From a virus (Duplodnaviria; Heunggongvirae; Uroviricota; Caudoviricetes), in IMG/VR virus record IMGVR_UViG_2541047813_000005, positions 1 to 40,559 of that record: a DNA stretch of 40,559 bases, one strand, 5' to 3'. Below, in pieces: positions 8,562 through 16,862 of the stretch. Both the position numbers and the translations under genes were made by a program. Under the pieces are notes generated by a model. That model was not told the origin of the DNA and did not search any database. It saw only the letters and a program-made list of their open reading frames with translations. Every line of letters begins with the position of its first letter. The stretch's first letter is position 1.

Positions 8562-8858
8562 TCACGTCCCTTTTCTGAATGATAGCCATTCGAAAAATGA
8601 TGACATTCCACCGCAGACAATAGCAAAGATGATCCCACCAAAGAAGAGAAGGCCAGCCTGCCACCACTCCCACCGCCATACATCCACAGCGCCAACCATA
8701 CCAACAATCGCTCCAACAAATGGAATATAGCTCACGATGAAAGCAATGGGGGCTGCAATTATCCAGTGCAATCCCCACCATGATTCAAGCCCAGCCATAA
8801 TTGCTGCCAACTGAAAAAGACCAACGACGATATAAACAATGAATCCTATAGCTTGCAT
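8562..8858 (-). CDS. Small integral membrane protein (hypothetical)
   Basis: 98 aa, almost entirely hydrophobic with Trp-rich segments; stop codon embedded in GTGACATGTCAC palindrome. Confidence 0.5.
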   Translation of the reverse strand: MQAIGFIVYIVVGLFQLAAIMAGLESWWGLHWIIAAPIAFIVSYIPFVGAIVGMVGAVDVWRWEWWQAGLLFFGGIIFAIVCGGMSSFFEWLSFRKGT

Positions 8859-9053
8859 GTAGTCACCTATTTACCCAGTAAAAATCAGAGGCCTCCCCTC
8901 AATAAGGCTTGCAACAAGAACTATTCCCTGCACAACAAAGATGAACCAGCAAATAGCTTGAGTCTGAGGGTTAAGAAAATATTTGTAGCGGTCAATAAAC
9001 AACAATCCACCAGAAATTATCACACTCAAAATAATTAAAAACACAACACTTCC

Positions 9054-11528
9054 TTATTGCGGAGTGACATCCTGAGGTCGCCACCAGTATGTCTGGTTAA
9101 ACTCTTTCTTCGAACGTTGCTCCATTTTACGCAAATAGCCTGGTGAAAAATACTCCTGCATCTGGTTAAAGATCATGTGATCGAGAGCCGCCTTCAAGTA
9201 CCAGAGATTCGCACCAGGCATCAAACCTTTCCCCAGCTTCACCAGATCACCACCAGTCTGCTCACTCTTCCCTTCCACAGCATTTAACGGTATGCCCTGA
9301 GCAATCTTCACTACGTCATCAACCAGACCAGCTACCGGGCCAAGCATCGACGCCAGCGCGCCGCTTCCGTACCTAGTGTGATCTGACAATAAAAAGTCAC
9401 CGTAAAGGCCAAGACCACCACCTTTCAGTAGAGCACCAAGCCAAAATTTAGCAGCATCTTCTCCTGTCATCTCGCGAGGATTACGACCAGACGCAAGGTC
9501 GTTAAGTTGCTGCGACAAAGCGCCAAGAATGGTCGTACTGGCAATAAACGTCGCAATATATGCCGCACGCCCACCAGCAGACGGCATACCCATAGCGCGT
9601 GACCAGTGACGCATAACCACCGAGATAGGGAACGATTTAAACAGGAAAACACTTCTCGTTAATTCACCTTTCCATGTTCCACGCTGAATACCAGAACCGG
9701 TTATCAGTTGCTCACGTGCTCCCGGTGTAATAACAGCCATATCAACTTCTTCAGTTACGGCACCGAGCAGTTTACGCATTGCCTCAAATTTCACGCGTTC
9801 AGGCTCACCAAGATGTTTAACTGCTGAATCAGGGATACGCATAATGCTTTCCGGTGTCAGCATCGTATTATTGCCGTTCCCCCAGTCCTCCTGTTGCGCC
9901 AGCTTCCATACGCTCCAGTCTGTGTCAGTAATCCCTTTGCTTTTCAGGATACGAAAATCAGAATCATCGAGGCTACGAAGGTCTGGTGTCCGTGACACTA
10001 CTTCTCCCAGGCTTCCCATCATGGTTACGCCATAGGCGCGCTTGTGCGCATCTGACCATGCTGTAAGCCCACTGGCACGCATTACCGCCGTTGCAGCCCA
10101 ACGAGACACAGACGGCCCCATATTATCCATCGCCCAGCGGTTAACGCTGCCAAGTAGAGATTCCATCGCCAGGCCAGCGCGGCGCGCCCGCGCAAGCTCA
10201 GTACGGTTCGTTGGGTCCATAGCTTCAAGCTGGTTGCGAAATAACTGGTTCATTGGAAGGTTGGTAACCTTCGCAGACAGATACATGGTTCCAAGATCAG
10301 AGAACGATGACAGCAACGCGGATCCGAGTCTGCTGGCAACCAGCCAGTTGCGGATATTGTCAGACCATCGCGCGATGTGCGGATTCGCTACAGGCTGTGT
10401 TTTTCCGGAAATAAAGTTGTACAAGTTCTCTGTTTTGTTCGCCAGACGCTCGACGCTACCGGTTTTACTCGGGTTAGCTGTTGCCGTTTCTGCCTTAACC
10501 TGATCAAGAAGGGAGCGGAAAACATGATCGGGGTTTGGACCATATGTTTCCACCAGAGCAATATCTTTACTGATACCTTCCAGGTGACCGACCATGATTT
10601 CCCATAGAGAGCGATCGCCATAAAGTTGCTGATATTGCAGATAGGAATCTGCATCTTTGAAATGTATCTGTCGTGATGCATTACCACGGTTAGCACGTGC
10701 GCCGGAAATTCGCATTCCGGTATCAGTAAGCTTATTCAGCCCACCAGTAGCGATCGTGTTATAAGCCTCTCCAAGAAATGCAGACAACTCGGCATCGTTC
10801 ATCAGTTGTCCATCGGCTCGGATATAATATTTGCGATCCAGCTTACCTATAACATCGCTAACCCACTTATCCTTTGATACCGCCCCAACCTTTTCCATAG
10901 AATGATGTTGAGGGATCCCCCAGTTTTCGAGATAGCCAATGTCCCCACCAGCATCATTAAACCGGCGGCGCAGTAGATCTGTCACTTCTCTCCACGCCTT
11001 AGCACCTTTTCTTGCTTTAACATTGCCAGTATTTTGCCCTCGCATTTCATATACCAGGTCACGTACGCCAGCTTCATCTTCAAACAGGCCAAAAAAGCGA
11101 GGATCAACTGCTTCAAATGCCTCTTGCAATTGACTCAATGCATAATCACGAGTGGCTTTTGTTCTGGACTCAACAGAGAGGAAATTCGATTTACCGTCTG
11201 CATTAAAAGCAATAGTACGGTTAAGAGCGCCAAGTTTCCCATCAGCCCCTTGATAGCTATTGATAAATTTATCCAATCTCTGACGTGCGGCTATAGTGAG
11301 GGCCACACGACGTTTCTTTAATGCCGCTTCTCGCTGTAATTCTTCAGATGCCAATTGTGCTGCTCGATATAGCCGCTCTGATTCGGAAAGTTGTCTCCAC
11401 GACATCGGGTCATCACGAGCAATGGAGCGCATATTTCGATAAATGCGGTCTTCAATGTTCTGTATTTCTCGCTCCGTTAACGTGCGCTGCGCCGCCTGCT
11501 GGACCGCTTGTATACATTCCTGTCTCAT
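9054..11528 (-). CDS. Large virion protein (putative internal core/ejection protein)
   Basis: 824 aa; position between tail tubular genes and tailspike in a podovirus-type late operon; no catalytic motif recognised. Confidence 0.6.
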   Translation of the reverse strand: MRQECIQAVQQAAQRTLTEREIQNIEDRIYRNMRSIARDDPMSWRQLSESERLYRAAQLASEELQREAALKKRRVALTIAARQRLDKFINSYQGADGKLGALNRTIAFNADGKSNFLSVESRTKATRDYALSQLQEAFEAVDPRFFGLFEDEAGVRDLVYEMRGQNTGNVKARKGAKAWREVTDLLRRRFNDAGGDIGYLENWGIPQHHSMEKVGAVSKDKWVSDVIGKLDRKYYIRADGQLMNDAELSAFLGEAYNTIATGGLNKLTDTGMRISGARANRGNASRQIHFKDADSYLQYQQLYGDRSLWEIMVGHLEGISKDIALVETYGPNPDHVFRSLLDQVKAETATANPSKTGSVERLANKTENLYNFISGKTQPVANPHIARWSDNIRNWLVASRLGSALLSSFSDLGTMYLSAKVTNLPMNQLFRNQLEAMDPTNRTELARARRAGLAMESLLGSVNRWAMDNMGPSVSRWAATAVMRASGLTAWSDAHKRAYGVTMMGSLGEVVSRTPDLRSLDDSDFRILKSKGITDTDWSVWKLAQQEDWGNGNNTMLTPESIMRIPDSAVKHLGEPERVKFEAMRKLLGAVTEEVDMAVITPGAREQLITGSGIQRGTWKGELTRSVFLFKSFPISVVMRHWSRAMGMPSAGGRAAYIATFIASTTILGALSQQLNDLASGRNPREMTGEDAAKFWLGALLKGGGLGLYGDFLLSDHTRYGSGALASMLGPVAGLVDDVVKIAQGIPLNAVEGKSEQTGGDLVKLGKGLMPGANLWYLKAALDHMIFNQMQEYFSPGYLRKMEQRSKKEFNQTYWWRPQDVTPQ

Positions 11529-11533
11529 TTAAT

Positions 11534-13336
11534 TTAACCTCTCAAGAAACACGCCACAGCAACATCAAACAGGCTGGAATCCTGTATTGCCTGCTCACTT
11601 TCCCTGTTCGCTTCATCCAGTACTTCACGCGCACTGCGCGATTGTGGATTACCATCATCATCCAGCACGGTGATTATCATATCAGGTGATTCAAGCAGCG
11701 AGTCTTCAGCTATGCGCAGATCAATATCTCCTGCCGGATCTGACATCATTTTTTGTTCTGCCTGTTGCAATATTTTATCAGGCTCAAAAGGAGCTACTTC
11801 GTCTGGCGTCCTGACCTCTGCTGTTTTATAGAATGAAACAGCCTGAGCATTAAGTTCACTTTCTGCCTGCTGTCTCCGAGCCAGTTCTGCTCGAGCTTCA
11901 AAAAACTGACCGCCAGGCTCGTGCGGTGCCAACGCGTTACGGGAAAATTCCAGGCGTTCTTGTGCCTGCCGGATTCGTTGATCAATATCGCGAAGTCTGG
12001 CCTGTTTATCTGATCGAGCACGAGACAAAGCTTTACCGCTACCGGTTGGCTCTTCTGCAAGAATTTGTGCACGCTGTTCAGTGAGATTTTCAATAATTCG
12101 TTGGCTATTAGCGATTTCAGACTGGTAAACCTGTCTATCTCCACGCGGCAAAAGCTGCGCGGCCTGTTCTTCAAGCAACCGATTTTCTATAGCGCGCGCC
12201 GTTACTCCATCATCTACAGATGACAGAGCCTCATTAACTGCCTGAGACAGCAGACTCTTGCGCCCAGGAATTTCACTGAAAGATGCAGACTCAACAATGC
12301 TGGCAACGTCTACAGGTCTCCCCTGGCTAACATCAGACATAGCTTTTCGCAGAGCCTGAATGTGAGAATTGCGCGAAAGCACGTTGATCGGCACGCCGGG
12401 CGCAATATCAATTTCAGCATGATGAGCGGCATTCGCCGCCAGTGCAGCATCGATATCAACTGGTGAAAAATTTGGTGCGTTTGTAGACTCGCCGCGAGAG
12501 TTAATAAATCTGCCGACACCACCAAACGCCACCCCAAGAACAGCATCAATAGCAATTGCCTGTCGATCCAACACATCATACTGGTTAGCCATTTCGCTAT
12601 AGCCACCATCACGAAGTGTTTTTGCAGTAAGCCCACGCTGTGCCATACCGAACGCAATATTTGTACCTGCGGCATAGGCAATATCTGGCGTTGCACGTAC
12701 TGCTGTTGCTGCGGCGCGTCGCACTGAACTCTCACCCGTCCGCGCAAGCTGAGCCGCCACACCTTCCGCCAGCGCACCACCAGCACGTAACCCGAGGCTC
12801 ATAGGGATCAGTGTTCCGGCACCAGCAGTAATGCCCTGCACTAATCCCGCTTCCTGCGCCGTCCTGAAATCAACACCCTGTGCTGTCAGCCGTTCAAACT
12901 CAGAAAAACCCTGTAGCGAAGTTACCGCCGCTGCACCTCCGACAGGACCACCGAGCGTTGTACCGACAACAGCCTGCCCGCCCATATCGAACAACCCATA
13001 AAGAACCTGCCCGGCGGTTCCGGTTGTCGCGGCATCAGGCGTCAGCCGCTTAACCTGCTGCTCTGCTAGTTTTCTCTGCTCGGCAATGTATGAAACTGAA
13101 GTATCATTGAGCGAGGTGTTTTCGTTAATAAACTGAGCAATCGGGGATACGATTTTATCCATCCCTGCCCATAGCAACTGATCTGGCTTTGCCACCAGCC
13201 CGGAGTACAAACCAGACAATGCCGCTCCTACAGCATTGTCGAAAAAACCAACATCGCTGTTAAAGCCAGCTGGATTTGATGCTGCTTCGTCAAGCTGCTG
13301 ATTCTGGTTTACTGGATTAAGGCCAAAGTAACTCAT
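11534..13336 (-). CDS. Virion internal/ejection protein (Ala/Gly-rich)
   Basis: 600 aa, low-complexity Ala/Gly-rich middle, in structural operon. Confidence 0.6.
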   Translation of the reverse strand: MSYFGLNPVNQNQQLDEAASNPAGFNSDVGFFDNAVGAALSGLYSGLVAKPDQLLWAGMDKIVSPIAQFINENTSLNDTSVSYIAEQRKLAEQQVKRLTPDAATTGTAGQVLYGLFDMGGQAVVGTTLGGPVGGAAAVTSLQGFSEFERLTAQGVDFRTAQEAGLVQGITAGAGTLIPMSLGLRAGGALAEGVAAQLARTGESSVRRAAATAVRATPDIAYAAGTNIAFGMAQRGLTAKTLRDGGYSEMANQYDVLDRQAIAIDAVLGVAFGGVGRFINSRGESTNAPNFSPVDIDAALAANAAHHAEIDIAPGVPINVLSRNSHIQALRKAMSDVSQGRPVDVASIVESASFSEIPGRKSLLSQAVNEALSSVDDGVTARAIENRLLEEQAAQLLPRGDRQVYQSEIANSQRIIENLTEQRAQILAEEPTGSGKALSRARSDKQARLRDIDQRIRQAQERLEFSRNALAPHEPGGQFFEARAELARRQQAESELNAQAVSFYKTAEVRTPDEVAPFEPDKILQQAEQKMMSDPAGDIDLRIAEDSLLESPDMIITVLDDDGNPQSRSAREVLDEANRESEQAIQDSSLFDVAVACFLRG

Positions 13337-15846
13337 TGCGGAATATCTCCGGAGAATCTCTGACGCTTCTGTGTCAGATCAAGAACAACGGGAGAACCAT
13401 CATCTTTTAGCAGATAACCAGTACCAAGTTTCACCAGGTACTGACTATCGCCGTAACTTTGCAAACCATACTGACCAGGAGGTGTTTTTATCCCGGTGCC
13501 GACCACTTGTTCATTCCAAGCCTGATTAACCTGCTTATCGAATTGCTCTGCAGACATTCCCCACGGCAAAAGAACATTCCCCATTCCGTTATAGTCATGC
13601 ACGCCACCTGTAGCTACGTTAACAGCCTGTTTCCAGATATCATTGTCAATTTCGCCTGATACCACGCCTTTTTTCGCCATCACACCAGCGTAATAGTCCT
13701 TTGCGATCTCGTATGCCATTGATGCCCCCTGAGCATCACCAGCAAATGCATCCTTCACCATGTCAGAAAACTCAAGGCGAAGATCAGCATCTTTAGGCAT
13801 CGGAATACCTTTCGCGTGATCAGTACCTTTACGAGCCGCCGCGCCAGCAAGAATTGTCTGCGCAGCGGTTTCAGGAGACACGGAAACATCCGGATTAAAC
13901 CAATTTTTTTCTGCCAAAATACCACCTGGCTTATCCATCAGTATCCCGGCAACGGCAGCAGATGGAGCGTTGGCACTGATCTGCTGTAGTGCTGACATAT
14001 ACACCTGCCCACCACCAGTGCTCTGCCTGATGGTATCGAGATATGCTGCCTGTTGGGAAACGGGCGCATCACGAAAGAAAACACCGATCTGATTGGCCTC
14101 GTCTTTGGAAAAGAACGTCAGTGGAGTGCCATATGACTTAGCAAGGTCACTGACCTGAGCAGCACGCAAGGCAACGCTCTGTCCAAAGTTATCCTTATTG
14201 CTCATGTCGATAGGCTTTGCCTGTCCGGCGGCAAGAGAGAACTGTACAGGATCAGCCTGTCGCTGCTTTATCACCTGACTTGCAGCCGACACAACGTTGT
14301 CATAAAGAGCGGCTCGTGCCGCATAACCCTCCCCTGTCTCACCAGTATCCGGGCGTAATTGCTCAACATATGCTGTAATGCTGCTTGTCGGCATGTTGCG
14401 GAAAGAGCCTATATACTGTCCGGCGATCTGCGTATTCTTAAACTCGGTATATCGCAGGTTTCCTTCTCTGACTCCATAAGCTGCAATAAAATCATCCTCA
14501 CCAGGTGGGTTAGGAAATTCAACGCCACGCATATACGCAGCTGCCGCATCGCGAACCTGGCTGTCAATCATCGTTTTATATTCAGCCTGCTGCTGCCGAC
14601 GCAGTTGATCTGCCTGTCGCATAAAACTTGCCTGCGCCTCAGGAGATGCCGCATCGAATGCTGCATTACCGGTATAGCGTTTGGTGTTGGTTGGAATTGT
14701 TGATAAACCAAGTGCTGCACTGACACCAGCAGTTAACTGCTGATCACTGTATGGCTGGCTACCGTTCTCATGATGGATAATGGCTGCACAAAGCGCCTTC
14801 AGGGTATCAGGATTAGATGCATCGAGAGGCTCATCAGCAGAAACGCCAAGTTGTTCGCACACTGCTTTGATATACGACATAGTGTCATTTTTATCAGTAG
14901 GCGGTGCCCAGCGATTAATTATCTCGCTGACGGTATCAATACCCTGCCTCTGATACGACATCAGGTTCCGCCCTAATGCACGAATCCCGTGTTCAGGTGT
15001 TTCGAATTTAGCAAATCGACCATCATCACCGGTCTGGCCTACCCACGGATTAGTTTTGCTGTATTCGAGATTTCCTGGGTTATTGTTGCGTATGCCACGG
15101 GCACGCTCGGAAGAGTCACTATCTGCTACAGCACGGCGAGCTCCAGCAGCAGTATCACTTAACTCGCCATTACTTTGGATGAATGCGGTCGCATTGTTTG
15201 CCGACCACTGGGACAATGCGGCATCAGCAACCTTCTCTTTAAACTCGATTTTCTTGGCCTGGATTTGCTCGTCACTCCAGCCATGTGCAATGCCGTAATC
15301 CTCAATTTGCTGGAAAGTTTGCTTATTAGCCAATACGTATGCGGCGTTGTCGCCATACAATGCTGCGGCATTTTTACCATTGTTCAGCAGCGTAGCCTGA
15401 AACTGGACTTCTTCGTAGGCATTTATTTGCCCTATCTCGTGCCGCCCTGCCTGCGTAGTGAACTGAATGCGCTGCTGCTGCGCCTGCTGCATGAAAGCAT
15501 TACGAGCCTGTTCATCCGGCAGCGACATAGCCAGTTGCTCGACCTGGGCATCAAACTTCTGCGTATACTCCTGACCTTTTCCAATAGCATTTTTCCCTTT
15601 CAGGTTAAGCAAACCTGTTTCAGGGTTATTCAGCAGATCGCTGCTTATCTGGCTTAAGCTAAGAGAAGCATCCTGAGCCATAGCAACATTCGCACGCTGT
15701 TTTGCCTGCGCAATAATACCTGCATATTGCTCTGCAACATCGCCAAGTACATCACCGACATTTGGTGTCTGAAACGATGAGAATCCCTGCGTCGAAATCC
15801 CTCTGCTCTGAACCTGACGGCCCGATGTTGTTGGTACAACTGGCAT
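13333..15846 (-). CDS. Large internal virion protein, possibly with peptidoglycan-hydrolase-like segment
   Basis: 837 aa; segment 'GIRNNNPGNLEYSKTNPWVGQ...FETPEHGIRA' recalled as conserved in phage virion-associated proteins; overlaps neighbour by 4 nt. Confidence 0.6.
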   Translation of the reverse strand: MPVVPTTSGRQVQSRGISTQGFSSFQTPNVGDVLGDVAEQYAGIIAQAKQRANVAMAQDASLSLSQISSDLLNNPETGLLNLKGKNAIGKGQEYTQKFDAQVEQLAMSLPDEQARNAFMQQAQQQRIQFTTQAGRHEIGQINAYEEVQFQATLLNNGKNAAALYGDNAAYVLANKQTFQQIEDYGIAHGWSDEQIQAKKIEFKEKVADAALSQWSANNATAFIQSNGELSDTAAGARRAVADSDSSERARGIRNNNPGNLEYSKTNPWVGQTGDDGRFAKFETPEHGIRALGRNLMSYQRQGIDTVSEIINRWAPPTDKNDTMSYIKAVCEQLGVSADEPLDASNPDTLKALCAAIIHHENGSQPYSDQQLTAGVSAALGLSTIPTNTKRYTGNAAFDAASPEAQASFMRQADQLRRQQQAEYKTMIDSQVRDAAAAYMRGVEFPNPPGEDDFIAAYGVREGNLRYTEFKNTQIAGQYIGSFRNMPTSSITAYVEQLRPDTGETGEGYAARAALYDNVVSAASQVIKQRQADPVQFSLAAGQAKPIDMSNKDNFGQSVALRAAQVSDLAKSYGTPLTFFSKDEANQIGVFFRDAPVSQQAAYLDTIRQSTGGGQVYMSALQQISANAPSAAVAGILMDKPGGILAEKNWFNPDVSVSPETAAQTILAGAAARKGTDHAKGIPMPKDADLRLEFSDMVKDAFAGDAQGASMAYEIAKDYYAGVMAKKGVVSGEIDNDIWKQAVNVATGGVHDYNGMGNVLLPWGMSAEQFDKQVNQAWNEQVVGTGIKTPPGQYGLQSYGDSQYLVKLGTGYLLKDDGSPVVLDLTQKRQRFSGDIPQ

Positions 15847-15858
15847 CTTATTATCCCC

Positions 15859-16398
15859 TTATCGACCGGTTGGAGTGCCAACAGCAGCAGAAATCGGCGC
15901 AGCCTTCTGAGAGAATGGGCTCCACGTTCCTCCGCCCATCTGGTATGCACCGTATGCTTTTAGTGGTGCCGTTAACAAAGTGCTGGTCATCGATGATTTA
16001 GCAGCCGACTGAGCAGCAGCCCCCTGTGCCTGAGCATTCATTCCCTGAACCTGATACCCATATGCCTCACGCTGAGCATTATTCACTGTCGTTAACGCAT
16101 CAAGAGTGCCGAACTGAGCATTATCCGCAAAAACGTCAAGAGCTGTTCCGCTACTTAATTCCGCACCGGTAGCCCCCATAGTAGCCGCCGCAGTGCCTGA
16201 GCGTTGACGCATTTCACGACGACGCTGATCTGCTTCAATATTCCCACGATTGATTGAATCCTGTGCCTGAGCTTCAGCAATTTCAGCATTCCGATCAGCT
16301 ATGGCTGACTGGTATTTTGCCTGCTTGCTCTGGCTGTACATTGACGCGGCTGTGGATGCCACTGTGACGGCAACCAAAGCAATGGCTGGGTTACACAT
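15859..16398 (-). CDS. Internal virion protein (hypothetical)
   Basis: 179 aa, N-terminal hydrophobic helix, Ala/Gln-rich; structural operon. Confidence 0.5.
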   Translation of the reverse strand: MCNPAIALVAVTVASTAASMYSQSKQAKYQSAIADRNAEIAEAQAQDSINRGNIEADQRRREMRQRSGTAAATMGATGAELSSGTALDVFADNAQFGTLDALTTVNNAQREAYGYQVQGMNAQAQGAAAQSAAKSSMTSTLLTAPLKAYGAYQMGGGTWSPFSQKAAPISAAVGTPTGR

Positions 16399-16862
16399 TA
16401 TTTTCTCTCCATGTGAAATCTGTGGAAATTAATACCAAGAGCACCATAAGGCGCTGCTTCTTCAAGCCTGAATCCAAGCCAGTGCAGCCATGCTTTGGCA
16501 ACATGGTTTCGCTCGTCGACGTAGTTTTCCAGGCGCGGATAAATTGCCAGCATCTGCTGCAATACAGGTCGGCAGTGGCGAAGAAATGTCTTCTGATATT
16601 TTTCAATACGGCTGGTTCCGACCAGCCAGGGCGTACCATTGCCACCGATCATTGACGCCGGAGATACGCCAAACATGGTTACCAGTTCTCCGTTCGCAAA
16701 TCCTGACCAGGCCATAGTCGCAGTGCGAAGACCAACACGCAGCGCATCTTCGGTAGTCATCAGCGATACCGCATACAGTTCGTCAATATCAGCCTGACGA
16801 ACATCCGGCAAAATCATCTGAAGATGCTCTTCGGTAGCGGAAACAATTCGAACATCGATCAT
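16398..16862 (-). CDS. Virion-associated hypothetical protein
   Basis: 154 aa; translationally coupled between tail tubular B and the internal virion protein genes. Confidence 0.5.
   Translation of the reverse strand: MIDVRIVSATEEHLQMILPDVRQADIDELYAVSLMTTEDALRVGLRTATMAWSGFANGELVTMFGVSPASMIGGNGTPWLVGTSRIEKYQKTFLRHCRPVLQQMLAIYPRLENYVDERNHVAKAWLHWLGFRLEEAAPYGALGINFHRFHMERK

Noticed and set aside
8868-9029. Possible 53-codon hydrophobic ORF on the minus strand downstream of the 824-aa gene
   Set aside because: It needs a TTG/GTG start with the only purine-rich stretch about 20 nt upstream; my first reading of the frame was wrong by one base, so I do not trust it without a gene finder.
9054-11528. 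824-aa protein as a tail tape-measure protein
   Set aside because: The module contains tail tubular A/B-like genes and a tailspike but no tail tube or sheath genes, so this is a podovirus-type particle; a large protein here is more likely an internal/ejection protein.
12310-12786. Antisense/shadow ORFs inside large genes (for example 12310..12786, 23265..24002, 27076..27549, 18890..19594, 10042..10503, 31495..32022)
   Set aside because: They lie fully within longer, motif-supported ORFs on the opposite strand or in another frame and translate to Arg/Ser/Cys-rich low-complexity products typical of GC-rich shadow frames.
16398-16862. 154-aa virion-region protein as a GNAT acetyltransferase
   Set aside because: Only a vague resemblance ('WLHWLGFRLEE') to a GNAT motif; no clear acetyl-CoA-binding signature, so left as hypothetical.
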